From: an uncultured Solirubrobacterales bacterium
GTDB taxonomy: Bacteria > Actinomycetota > Thermoleophilia > Solirubrobacterales > Solirubrobacteraceae
Length of the DNA: 40,000 nucleotides
Reading direction: 5' to 3'
Assembly: GCA_963843305.1 (NCBI GenBank)
Contig: CAWJJS010000001.1
Location: 1,540,804-1,580,803, forward strand
Each line of letters opens with the position of its first letter. Positions within the stretch are counted from its first letter, which is position 1. Positions 32,219 to 40,000 of the stretch are shown piece after piece. The notes beneath the pieces were generated by a model that had not been told where the DNA came from, did no database searches, and was given only the letters and a program-made list of their open reading frames with translations. The position numbers and the translations under genes are program-made.

Positions 32219-32245
32219 ATTCGACCCGCCAAAAGCGGGCCGAAT
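32219..32245 (+). terminator. Stem-loop after dacB
   Basis: ATTCGACCCGC caaaa GCGGGCCGAAT forms an 11-bp stem with one mismatch, 19 nt after the stop. No U-tract follows. Confidence 0.4.
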
Positions 32246-32395
32246 GCGGCACAGTCACATGACACATGTTGTAGTGATAGTACCACAGCTAGCGCGGCTT
32301 AACAGCCATTCGGACGGATGATGGGGACGCGACGGTGACGAATCCGTCTCGGCGCCTGACTATTGCTGCCTGTCCCACATCGTCCATCTAATCGG

Positions 32396-32484
32396 CGGAA
32401 GGTGTGGGAGTCGAACCCATCCGGAGGGTCACTCCGAAAGTTCATGTGTCACATGACTGTGCCGACCGCGGCACTGCACCTTCC
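32396..32484 (-). tRNA. tRNA-Sec-shaped / allo-tRNA-like gene with 8-bp acceptor, 4-bp T stem and GAC in the anticodon position
   Basis: The minus strand reads GGAAGGTG CA GTGCCG CGGT CGGCAC AGTCAT GTGACAC ATGAAC TTTCGGAG TGACC CTCCGGA TGGG TTCGACT CCCA CACCTTCC G. It has a perfect 8-bp acceptor, a 6-bp D stem with a 4-nt loop, a long variable arm (7 bp), T loop TTCGACT and discriminator G. No UCA anticodon can be placed in a 7-nt loop. Confidence 0.6.
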
Positions 32485-32492
32485 TGTTGCTT

Positions 32493-32498
32493 ATTGTA
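32493..32498 (-). promoter_or_regulatory. TACAAT -10-like hexamer upstream of the tRNA-like gene
   Basis: The minus strand reads TACAAT aagcaacag GGAAGG..., so the hexamer ends 9 nt before the first tRNA base. There is no convincing -35. Confidence 0.3.
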
Positions 32499-32523
32499 CG
32501 CAGGGGGGCGGACGGAATTGTGG

Positions 32524-34665
32524 CTACCCACCCAGCAGCTCGAGCAAAGCTCCCTCGTCCAGCACCGCCACCTCCAGCCGCTCGGCCTTCTCCAACTTGG
32601 ACCCCGGCGACTCTCCCGCCACCAGGTAATCGGTCTTCTTCGACACGCCACTGGTCACGCGCCCGCCGGCGGCCTGGATGCGCTCGGTGGCCTGCTCGCG
32701 CGAGAGCGTCGGCAGCGTGCCCGTGAGCACGAACGTCTTGTTCACCAAAGGACCACTGGTCGGCGCGGGCCCCTCCTCGGCGAAGCGCAAACCCTGCTTG
32801 CGCAGGTCTTCGACCAGCGCGCCCATGCGCTCGTCGTGCAGTTGTGAATGGATCAAAAGGCTCATCTTCTCACCGATCCCGGGGGTCTCGGCAATCTCGG
32901 CGGCGCTCGCCGCGAGCAGGGCGTCGATGTTGCGGAAGCGCAACGCCAGATTGCGCCCGGTGACCTCGCCGACCTCCTCGATACCAAGCGCGAACAGGAC
33001 GCGTCCGAACGGCCGCTGCTTGGAAGTCTCGATTGCGTCAAGCAAGTGGTTGACCGACAGCTCACCAAAACCCTCCAGCTCGAGCAACTGCTCACTGTGT
33101 TCATGCAAACGGTAGTAGTCGGCAGCCGTGTGAACCAAAGCCTGTTGCTGCAACAAGGCCACCTGCTTCTCGCCGAGCCCGTCGATGTCCATCGCCCCGC
33201 GCGAGACGAAGTGCTTGAGCAGCTGCCACGCGCGCTCTGGGCAGTCGCGGTTGGGGCAGCTTGTGAAGACCGACCCCTCTGGCTTGACTGTAGGCGTATC
33301 GCAAAACGGACAGCGCTCAGGCGGCCGCGTCGGCTCCGGACGATCTTTGTGCTCGGCGACGTGTGGAGCGGGCGAGACGACTTGCGGGATCACGTCGCCG
33401 GCGCGCAGCACGATCACGTCCTCGCCGGCACGGATGTCCTTGCGGACGATGTCCTCCTCGTTATGCAGCGTCGCCAGCTTGATCACGACGCCGCCGGCCG
33501 CCACCGGCTCGAGCATCGCGTAGGGGCGCAGGTCGCCGAACTTGCCGACGTTCCACATCACTTTGTGTAGGCGCGTCACGGCTGTGGTCGGCGGGAACTT
33601 CCAGGCCACCGCCCAGCGCGGATCGCGACCTACCGAGCCGAGCCGGCGCTGTAGCTCGAGGTCTGAGACCTTGATCACGACCCCGTCGATCTCAAAGTCC
33701 AGGTCGCCGCGACGCTCCTGCCAGCGCAGGCATTGCGCGATCACCTGCTCCTCGCTGTCGAGCAGCTTGATGTCGCGGTTGACGCGGAAACCATGCTCGC
33801 GCAACCATTCGAGCGCCTGCCAATGCGTCTCGAATTTGAGCTCCGGCGCCACCCCTATTTGGTAGGCCCACATCGACAGGGGACGTTCGGCCATCAGAGA
33901 AGGGTCGAGCTGGCGCACAGCTCCGGCCGCCGAGTTGCGGGGATTCATGAAAGTGGACAGGCCGGCTTCGGCGCGGCGCTCGTTGACGGCGGCGAAGTCC
34001 TTCAGCGACATGTAGATCTCGCCGCGCACCTCCAACAAGGGCGGCGCATCGTCGATGCGTAGTGGGACCGAGCCGATCGTGCGCAGATTGTGCGTCACGT
34101 CCTCGCCGACCTCACCGTTGCCGCGTGTAGCTCCGCGCACGAGCACGCCGTCGCGGTAGAGCAGGCTGATCGCCAGCCCGTCGACCTTCGGCTCCACCAC
34201 GTACTCAAAGCTCGAGCGCTCGATCCCTTCGCGGGCTAGGTGCGTCCTCATGCGCGTCACCCAAGCCCTCAGCTCCGCTTCGTTGCGAACGTTGTCCAGC
34301 GAGAGCATCGGCTCCAGGTGCTTGACCTTCTCGAGCTTGCCGACCGGCTCGCCGCCGACGCGCTGGGTCGGCGAGTCGGCGGTTCGCAGCTCTGGATATT
34401 CGGCCTCCAGCGCGCGTAGCTCGTCGAGCAGCGCGTCGTATACGTCATCGGTGATCTCGGGGTCGTCGAGTACGTAGTAGCGGTGAGCGTGATGCTCGAG
34501 TTGAGCGCGCAGCTCAGCTGCACGAGCGAGCTGCTGCTTGGAAGGGCGCTCCCCGGAGGCAGCTTGCGTGGTGGGCTCGGCTCCGGCCGGCCCAGAGTCC
34601 CGATTCCCGGGAGCCTGAGCGTCCGACTCCTGCTTTCGGGACGACCGCGTCGACGGTCTGCTCAC
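32524..34665 (-). CDS. ligA: NAD-dependent DNA ligase LigA
   Basis: Adenylation motif EPKVDGLAISLLY (KxDG), Zn finger CPFCDTPTV...CPNRDCP, HhH repeats and a C-terminal BRCT (FVLTGTLPTLSREQA). GTG 34665 overlaps the surE stop (GTGA). Confidence 0.95.
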   Translation of the reverse strand: MSRPSTRSSRKQESDAQAPGNRDSGPAGAEPTTQAASGERPSKQQLARAAELRAQLEHHAHRYYVLDDPEITDDVYDALLDELRALEAEYPELRTADSPTQRVGGEPVGKLEKVKHLEPMLSLDNVRNEAELRAWVTRMRTHLAREGIERSSFEYVVEPKVDGLAISLLYRDGVLVRGATRGNGEVGEDVTHNLRTIGSVPLRIDDAPPLLEVRGEIYMSLKDFAAVNERRAEAGLSTFMNPRNSAAGAVRQLDPSLMAERPLSMWAYQIGVAPELKFETHWQALEWLREHGFRVNRDIKLLDSEEQVIAQCLRWQERRGDLDFEIDGVVIKVSDLELQRRLGSVGRDPRWAVAWKFPPTTAVTRLHKVMWNVGKFGDLRPYAMLEPVAAGGVVIKLATLHNEEDIVRKDIRAGEDVIVLRAGDVIPQVVSPAPHVAEHKDRPEPTRPPERCPFCDTPTVKPEGSVFTSCPNRDCPERAWQLLKHFVSRGAMDIDGLGEKQVALLQQQALVHTAADYYRLHEHSEQLLELEGFGELSVNHLLDAIETSKQRPFGRVLFALGIEEVGEVTGRNLALRFRNIDALLAASAAEIAETPGIGEKMSLLIHSQLHDERMGALVEDLRKQGLRFAEEGPAPTSGPLVNKTFVLTGTLPTLSREQATERIQAAGGRVTSGVSKKTDYLVAGESPGSKLEKAERLEVAVLDEGALLELLGG

Positions 34666-35492
34666 GCGCTCCCGCCATCGAGAGCCGGCGCGAGCAGCGC
34701 TTGCAGATCGAACCCGCGCAATACCTCCAACCCGCCACGGTGAGTCAGGTCGAAATGGATCGGCGTTACCGCGATACGCCCTTCGGCGACGGCCGCCAGG
34801 TCGGTGCCGGGCTCGTCGTGGAAGCCAGGGTCCGACCCGTATATCCAATAGCGCTGGCGCGTGGCGGAGCCGTCCGCGTGCGGCGCGACCTTCAACTCGT
34901 CGCGATAGATGCGCTTGCCAAGGCTTGTCACCTCGACTCCGTCGGGCTCACCGGCGGGCACATTCACGTTGAGCAGGGTTCCGCTCGGCACGGGCAGTTC
35001 CTCGATGCGCTCCACCAGGCGCGCCACGAACGTGGCGGCGACACCGAAGTCGAAACCACCGTCGTAGCGAAAGTCAAGCGCCCGTGCGCGCGACTGCTGG
35101 GAGACGGCAATCGCCGGCAAACCGAGCACCACACCCTCCAATGCTGCCGCAACTGTGCCCGAGTAGGTGATGTCATCGCCGAGGTTGGCGCCATGGTTGA
35201 TGCCGGCAACGACCAACTGCGCATCGAAGTCCTCGACCAGTCCGAGACGCGCGAGGCGCACACAATCCACGGGCGTGCCGTCAGTTGCGTAGCCCACCGT
35301 CCCGTCTGAGAACGACACCTCCTCCACCCACAGAGGACGTCTTGTGGTGATCGAGCGAGCCATCGCCGAGCGGTTGCCGTCCGGGGCGATCGTCACGAGG
35401 CGCACGCCAGGCAGCTCGAGCAGCGAGCAGCGCAGTGCCTGCAGGCCGTCGGCCTCGATCCCGTCGTCGTTGGTGAGCAGCACGTTGAGCAT
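34662..35492 (-). CDS. surE: 5'/3'-nucleotidase SurE
   Basis: The N-terminus MLNVLLTNDDGIEADGLQAL is the SurE signature, followed by ..GINHGANLGDDITYSGTVAAA... Confidence 0.9.
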   Translation of the reverse strand: MLNVLLTNDDGIEADGLQALRCSLLELPGVRLVTIAPDGNRSAMARSITTRRPLWVEEVSFSDGTVGYATDGTPVDCVRLARLGLVEDFDAQLVVAGINHGANLGDDITYSGTVAAALEGVVLGLPAIAVSQQSRARALDFRYDGGFDFGVAATFVARLVERIEELPVPSGTLLNVNVPAGEPDGVEVTSLGKRIYRDELKVAPHADGSATRQRYWIYGSDPGFHDEPGTDLAAVAEGRIAVTPIHFDLTHRGGLEVLRGFDLQALLAPALDGGSA

Positions 35493-35540
35493 CGTCGTCT
35501 TCCAGCATAGGGTTAGCCGCGGCCCGACCTTGTGAAAATG

Positions 35541-35570
35541 CGATGCCCCCCGCGCGCGCGTGGGGCATCG
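35541..35570. repeat. GC-rich palindromic element, copy 2
   Basis: CGATGCCCC ccgcgcgcgcgt GGGGCATCG. Its flanks are similar to those of copy 1 at 25434-25463. Confidence 0.75.
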
Positions 35571-35628
35571 TCCGTTTCGTTAGCCGCCCAGTCCGGTACA
35601 GCCGGTCCCGCCCATCCAGCCCAGCCCG

Positions 35629-35708
35629 GCTCGGTCCAGCCCAGGCGAGCTCGGTCCAGCCCAGGCCAGCTCGGTCCAGCCCAGGCCAGCCCGGTCCAGT
35701 CCGGCTCA
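35629..35708. repeat. 20-bp tandem repeat x4 (GCTCGGTCCAGCCCAGGCSA)
   Basis: Units at 35629, 35649 and 35669 are near-identical; the unit at 35689 is degenerate (GCCCGGTCCAGTCCGGCTCA). The array lies in the truA-surE intergenic region. Confidence 0.9.
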
Positions 35709-35715
35709 GGCTCCG

Positions 35716-35744
35716 CCGGCTCCAGCCCAAAAACCTGGAGCCGG
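35716..35744 (-). terminator. Perfect 10-bp stem-loop just downstream of truA
   Basis: CCGGCTCCAG (35716-35725) pairs with CTGGAGCCGG (35735-35744) around a 9-nt loop, 12 nt past the truA stop. No clear U-tract follows. Confidence 0.45.
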
Positions 35745-35755
35745 CGAGCAAGACA

Positions 35756-36499
35756 TCAGCCTTTTGGATACGCCACAGACACCAGCGCCAAACCACACGC
35801 TGGCGCGGTGGGACCAGCATGCGAGCGCGGCCTGCCCTCCAACAACTCAGCGAAATCGTCGAACGAGCGTCGCTCGGTGGCCACCTCGAGCATCGTGCCG
35901 ACCAGAACCCGGTTCATGTGGCGCAAGAAAGAGTCCGCCTCGATCCACAGTTCCAGCACGTCGCCGCGCTCGCGCCATTCTGCCCTCCGCACATTGCGCT
36001 CGAAGCGCGTGTGTTCTGTCTCTGTTGGCGTGAAGGCCCTGAAATCATGCTCTCCGGGGAGCAGCGCGACGCATCGCTCCAGCAACGAGCGATCGAGTGC
36101 TCGCGGCCACCACAGCGCGCGCCCGCGCTCGAACACGTCGCGCGTGCGGCGCGCCAGGACGCGGTAGCAGTAAGTCCGGCTCCTAGCGTCGCGCCTGGCG
36201 TCGAAGGTTCCGCCGGCAGGCTCGCAGGAGAGCACGGCCATATCCGGCGGCAACAGCGAGTTCAGGCGCAGAGGGTCGAGCGCCTCGTGGCGATAGCTGA
36301 CCACCTGCCCCCAAGCGTGCACACCCCGATCGGTGCGACCGGCGACGGTGACCGTCAACGGCTCTCCGTCCTCGCCCTGCTCGCCGAGGATCGTGCGCAA
36401 TGCTCGCTCCAGCTCGCCCTGCACGGTTCGCAACCGCGGCTGCAACGCCCAGCCGGCAAACTCGCTCCCGTCGTATTGCAACGTCAGCTTGGAGATCAT
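35756..36499 (-). CDS. truA: tRNA pseudouridine(38-40) synthase TruA
   Basis: MISKLTLQYDGSEFAGWALQP...VAGRTDRGVHAWGQV contains the catalytic Asp motif RTDxGVHA. Confidence 0.9.
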   Translation of the reverse strand: MISKLTLQYDGSEFAGWALQPRLRTVQGELERALRTILGEQGEDGEPLTVTVAGRTDRGVHAWGQVVSYRHEALDPLRLNSLLPPDMAVLSCEPAGGTFDARRDARSRTYCYRVLARRTRDVFERGRALWWPRALDRSLLERCVALLPGEHDFRAFTPTETEHTRFERNVRRAEWRERGDVLELWIEADSFLRHMNRVLVGTMLEVATERRSFDDFAELLEGRPRSHAGPTAPACGLALVSVAYPKG

Positions 36500-36619
36500 T
36501 TGTGCCCGCGAGGGTACTTATGCCCTGTGGGTATCGCCCTATCCCGACCTCAACGAACGCACCGGAGGTGCCACTCGCGTACTGGCCGCTACAGCTTGAA
36601 ATCGCCGTCTCCGGCGGAT

Positions 36620-36973
36620 CTACACCAGCTCTAGGTAAACCATCTCGGTCGCGTCTGAGCGGCGCGGGCCGAGCTTGAGGATGCGCGTGTACCCACCGGG
36701 CCTGTCGGCGTAGCGGGGAGCGACCTCCTCGAACAGCTTGTATACGGCGAACTTATCTTGCGAGAGCGCCGAGAGCGCCTGGCGGCGAGCGTGCAGGTCG
36801 CCACGCTTGGCGAGCGTGATCAGCTTCTCGATCTCGGGCTTGACCGCCTTGGCCTTGGCTTCGCTCGTCTTGATCCGCTCGTGCTCCAGGACCTCCTTGG
36901 TGAGGTTCATGAGCAGCGACTTTCGATGCGCCGAGTCGCGGCTGAGCTTGTTGCGTGTCTTCTGATGTCTCAT
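36620..36973 (-). CDS. rplQ: 50S ribosomal protein L17
   Basis: MRHQKTRNKLSRDSAHRKSLLMNL...TLAKRGDLHARRQA...GGYTRILK. Confidence 0.95.
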   Translation of the reverse strand: MRHQKTRNKLSRDSAHRKSLLMNLTKEVLEHERIKTSEAKAKAVKPEIEKLITLAKRGDLHARRQALSALSQDKFAVYKLFEEVAPRYADRPGGYTRILKLGPRRSDATEMVYLELV

Positions 36974-37045
36974 GGCTTTTGTACGTTCGCTTGATGCTCG
37001 CGCGAGCGGTCAGTCTAAAGGGCTGACCGCTCGCGCGGGCTCTGC

Positions 37046-38023
37046 TCAGTCCTGGCGCAGTTGCAGGCCTCGCGCTTCGAGGGTTTCGATGACCTCGTCG
37101 ATCGACTTCTTGCCGAAGTTGGGGATCGCGTTTAGCTCCGCCTCGGACTTGGAGATGAGGTCGCCGACGGTCTGGATGCCGGCACGCTTGAGACAGTTGT
37201 ACGAGCGGACTCCGAGCTCGAGCTCCTCGATCAGGATGCTCCACTCCTCGCCCTGCAGCGCCGCGGGAGCGCCGCCGCCACCGACCGCCAGGCCATGACC
37301 GTCGAGCTGGCCTCCGGGCACGGCGCGCAACTCCTGGATGCGGTCCGCGTCGGTGAAGATCGCAAGCTGGGAGATGAGCAGCTCGGCCGCCTCGCGCAGC
37401 GCGGCCTGTGGCTCGATCGAACCGTCGGTCTCGATGTCGAGCGTGAGCTTGTCGAAGTCGGTCTTCTGTCCGACGCGAGCTTGCTCGACCGCGTAGGCGA
37501 CACGCCGCACGGGCGAGAAGATCGAGTCGATCGGGATCACGCCGATCGGCTGGTCGGCCGACTTGTTCTCCTCGGCGGGGCGGTATCCGCGACCGCGACC
37601 GATCGTCATATAGAGCTCGAGCTTGGTCTTCTTCTCCAAGGTCGCCACGTGCACGTTCGGGTTGAGGATCTCAACACCCGCGGGCAGGTCGATGTCCTTG
37701 GCCGTGATCTCCCCTGGCCCGGTCACGACGAGCGGCGCCTCGACCTCGCTCGCATCGGAATGCATGCGACACACGATGCCCTTGAGGTTGAGCACGATGT
37801 CGGTTACGTCCTCCTTGACGCCCTCTACTGTCGAGAACTCGTGCGCCACGCCCTCAATACGTACGCTCGTGACGGCGGCGCCGGCGAGCGAAGAGAGCAA
37901 GACACGCCTGAGCGAGTTGCCGAACGTGTAGCCAAAGCCGCGGTCGAGCGGCTCGATTGTGAACGTGCCACGGTTCTGCTCCACGGACTCGCTGGTGATC
38001 CGGGGGATTTGGAAGTCGAGCAT
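37046..38023 (-). CDS. rpoA: DNA-directed RNA polymerase subunit alpha
   Basis: ..GFGYTFGNSLRRVLLSSL.. in the N-terminal domain. The C-terminal domain reads ..LELGVRSYNCLKRAGIQTVGDL... Confidence 0.97.
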   Translation of the reverse strand: MLDFQIPRITSESVEQNRGTFTIEPLDRGFGYTFGNSLRRVLLSSLAGAAVTSVRIEGVAHEFSTVEGVKEDVTDIVLNLKGIVCRMHSDASEVEAPLVVTGPGEITAKDIDLPAGVEILNPNVHVATLEKKTKLELYMTIGRGRGYRPAEENKSADQPIGVIPIDSIFSPVRRVAYAVEQARVGQKTDFDKLTLDIETDGSIEPQAALREAAELLISQLAIFTDADRIQELRAVPGGQLDGHGLAVGGGGAPAALQGEEWSILIEELELGVRSYNCLKRAGIQTVGDLISKSEAELNAIPNFGKKSIDEVIETLEARGLQLRQD

Positions 38024-38120
38024 CGGGGTCCTAACGTCGTGTTGGTGTGAAACCGGCGCTGGAGCAGCGCCGACTCTTGCGCGCCGCCGCCGCCTTCAGG
38101 CGCCGGCGCGGGGAAAGCCT

Positions 38121-38741
38121 CTACTTCGAGTACAGCTCGACGATGAGCTGCTCCTGCACCGGCGCGGCCACCTCTCGGCGCTCCGGCTTGCGCAGCACCT
38201 TGGCCGTGAGCGACTCGTGGTCGGCCTGGAGCCACGCGGGGATCTGGCCGGTCAGCTCGGTGGCGTCCCTTACCACCTGCATTGCCGGCGTATCCGCTTT
38301 GACGGCGATCACATCGCCAGGACGCACCTGATAGCTGGGGATGTCCACCCGGCGACCGTTGACCGTCCAATGGCCATGACGGATCAGCTGACGCGCCTGC
38401 CTGCGCGATGCCGCGAAGCCGAGACGCACCATCACGTTGTCCAGGCGACACTCGAGCAGTGCGAGCAGGTTCTCACCGGTGATGCCGGGCTGGCGCGAAG
38501 CCTTCTCGTAGTAGCCGTGGAACTGCTTCTCGAGCACTCCGTAATAGCGACGTGCCTTCTGCTTCTCGCGCAACTGCAGGCGATACTCGCTCTGCTTCTG
38601 GCGACCGCGGCCGTGCTCTCCGGGCGGATATGAGCGTCGCTCAACGCCGCACTTGTCGGTCAGGCAGCGCTCACCCTTGAGGAACAGCTTCTGTCCCTCG
38701 CGACGGCACTGCTTGCACTGTGGACCTGTGTCTCTTGCCAT
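38121..38741 (-). CDS. rpsD: 30S ribosomal protein S4
   Basis: [26 protein letters not shown]...YGVLEKQF... Confidence 0.97.
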   Translation of the reverse strand: MARDTGPQCKQCRREGQKLFLKGERCLTDKCGVERRSYPPGEHGRGRQKQSEYRLQLREKQKARRYYGVLEKQFHGYYEKASRQPGITGENLLALLECRLDNVMVRLGFAASRRQARQLIRHGHWTVNGRRVDIPSYQVRPGDVIAVKADTPAMQVVRDATELTGQIPAWLQADHESLTAKVLRKPERREVAAPVQEQLIVELYSK

Positions 38742-38769
38742 GGACCTAGCTCTCTGCGATCAAGTTGTT

Positions 38770-39165
38770 TTAGACGCGCCGGCGCTTGCGCGGTCGACAT
38801 CCGTTGTGAGCCTGCGGGGTTACATCCTTGACTCCGGTCACCTCGAGTCCGGCGGCCTGCAGTGAGCGGATCGCGGTCTCGCGTCCTGAGCCTGGGCCCT
38901 TGACGTAGACCTCGACCTTCTGCAGTCCCTGCTCCATGCCCTTGCGAGCCGCCGCGTCGGCCGTGACCTGCGCGGCGAATGGAGTGGACTTGCGTGAGCC
39001 CTTGAAGCCCGCGCCGCCGGCCGACTCCCACGCGAGCACATTGCCCTGGGTGTCGGTGAGCGAGACGATCGTGTTGTTGAAAGACGTCTTGATGTGGGCT
39101 TGTCCAACCGGAACATTCTTCTTCTGTCTGCGACGCCCGCGGGCAGGACGCTTTGGAGCCGCCAT
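38770..39165 (-). CDS. rpsK: 30S ribosomal protein S11
   Basis: ..[44 protein letters not shown]... Confidence 0.97.
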   Translation of the reverse strand: MAAPKRPARGRRRQKKNVPVGQAHIKTSFNNTIVSLTDTQGNVLAWESAGGAGFKGSRKSTPFAAQVTADAAARKGMEQGLQKVEVYVKGPGSGRETAIRSLQAAGLEVTGVKDVTPQAHNGCRPRKRRRV

Positions 39166-39542
39166 CAGCGGACCTTCTTCTTGCCGGCTACCTGCAGGCG
39201 CTTGGGGCCCTTGCGCGTACGGGCGTTGGTCTTCGTCTTCTGTCCGCGCACCGGCAATCCGCGGCGATGGCGCAGGCCGCGATAGCAGGCGATCTCCTGC
39301 AAGCGCTTGATGTCCTGCGAGCGCTCGCGGCGCAGATCGCCCTCGACGGTCAGCGAGCGGTCGATCGCGTCGCGCAGACGCGAGACCTCGTCCTCGGTGA
39401 GATCGCGTATGTAGGTATCGGGGCTGACCTTGACCTCCTCCAAAATCTTGTTGGAAGTAGAGCGGCCGATGCCATAGATGTATGTGAGCCCGATCTCCGA
39501 GCGCTTGTTCAAGGGCAGATTGACCCCAGCGATACGTGCCAT
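39165..39542 (-). CDS. rpsM: 30S ribosomal protein S13
   Basis: [34 protein letters not shown]... Its stop shares 1 nt with the rpsK start (TGATG). Confidence 0.97.
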   Translation of the reverse strand: MARIAGVNLPLNKRSEIGLTYIYGIGRSTSNKILEEVKVSPDTYIRDLTEDEVSRLRDAIDRSLTVEGDLRRERSQDIKRLQEIACYRGLRHRRGLPVRGQKTKTNARTRKGPKRLQVAGKKKVR

Positions 39543-39548
39543 CCGCGG

Positions 39549-39662
39549 TTAGCCCTGCCGCTGCTTATGACGCTTGTTCTGGCAGATGACGAGAACCGCT
39601 TTGTGGCGGCGAATGATCCTGCACTTCTCGCACATCGGCTTGACCGACGGTCTTACCTTCAT
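39549..39662 (-). CDS. rpmJ: 50S ribosomal protein L36
   Basis: Absent from the ORF track because it is under 60 aa. The minus strand translates to [37 protein letters not shown] then TAA, the canonical L36 zinc-ribbon sequence. Confidence 0.95.
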   Translation of the reverse strand: MKVRPSVKPMCEKCRIIRRHKAVLVICQNKRHKQRQG

Positions 39663-39874
39663 GATCCCTTTCGGCTGGTCCCTGCGACCCGGCTCTGGCT
39701 GCCGGGACGGCCGCCGCTACCGCGTCGTGGTGTTGCCCTCACGCGCCAAGCCTCGGCGCATTCGAGCAGGACAGCGGATGGTAGCAACTATCGTGCGCAG
39801 ACCGTTGCTCGAATGAACAGCGACTCGATATTCCACTGTCCTAGCGGAAACTGCGGTGCACATGAGCTGCGCAA

Positions 39875-40000
39875 CTACCCCGCCGTAGCTGCCGGCTGCG
39901 TGTCGAGTCCCTTGACACCGCGCTGCTCAGGGGCAACATGCCAGGGGGTCAGAACACGCGCGCCCTCACGAGTGATGGCTACCGTGAACTCGAAGTGCGC
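39875..40000 (-). CDS. map: Methionine aminopeptidase, C-terminal fragment (gene runs off the window end)
   Basis: The minus strand reads AHFEFTVAITREGARVLTPWHVAPEQRGVKGLDTQPAATAG then TAG (39875-39877). (H)FEHTV.vT..G.e.LT is the MetAP C-terminal signature, and its position upstream of rpmJ-rpsM fits the conserved order. Confidence 0.75.
   Translation of the reverse strand, partial: AHFEFTVAITREGARVLTPWHVAPEQRGVKGLDTQPAATAG

Noticed and set aside
32396-32484. Canonical selC (tRNA-Sec, anticodon UCA)
   Set aside because: The overall shape fits, but the T stem is 4 bp rather than 5 bp and no UCA can be placed in a 7-nt anticodon loop. It is therefore reported as tRNA-Sec-like or allo-tRNA-like, not as selC.
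35629-35708. Possible CRISPR array
   Set aside because: The 20-bp units are directly abutting, with no spacers, and there are no cas genes. It is a plain tandem repeat.
35281-35820. 179-aa and related ORFs spanning the surE-truA spacer
   Set aside because: They are made of the tandem repeat and palindromes, producing GLD/AGP-type repeats, and have no coding signal.
37295-38050. Long antisense or out-of-frame ORFs opposite well-supported genes. This one lies opposite rpoA; others include 29471-30361, 8348-9115, 32848-33570, 35543-36634 and 5894-6493.
   Set aside because: These are high-GC shadow ORFs with Arg/Pro/Gly/Ala-rich low-complexity translations. Each overlaps a gene with unmistakable family motifs on the other strand or in another frame.

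Overview
This is a high-GC bacterial chromosome segment with Actinomycetota-like codon usage and many GTGA/ATGA start-stop overlaps. All family calls come from motifs read by eye; no database, HMM or folding search was possible.

Positions ~1-24,400 are accessory DNA. They look like integrative elements accreted in tandem at the 3' end of a tRNA-Pro(CGG) gene (24399-24472, minus strand). A 10-11 bp copy of the tRNA 3' end (AATCGGGGCG) recurs in the same orientation at 1979, 10837 and 24397. Each copy lies next to an int/xis pair, and each element has its own family of short arm-type repeats.

The tRNA-distal part (0.5-7 kb) is decayed: two integrases, an AbiEi/AbiEii pair and a membrane GAF-like gene are all frameshifted. 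It still keeps an intact, translationally coupled six-gene operon at 7.0-10.4 kb. That operon encodes a ubiquitin-like protein, a cysteine-free E2-like protein, a JAB-E1 fusion, a DUF6527-type zinc protein and an XRE/ImmA pair.

The tRNA-proximal element (10.8-24.4 kb) has an intact integrase/excisionase, a Rep-like wHTH gene with an internal phased iteron array, and a short serine recombinase. At the window centre it carries an operon of two ThsB-like TIR proteins, a 3-TM protein and a small acidic protein. This is Thoeris-like but has no recognisable ThsA. A HEPN-motif protein lies nearby.

Positions 24.5-40 kb are core genome: NIF3, acyl-CoA ligase, aminotransferase, patatin, PBP4, ligA, surE, truA, rplQ-rpoA-rpsD-rpsK-rpsM-rpmJ and map. 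This part also contains an unusual tRNA-Sec-shaped gene with 8/4 stem geometry and a GAC anticodon.
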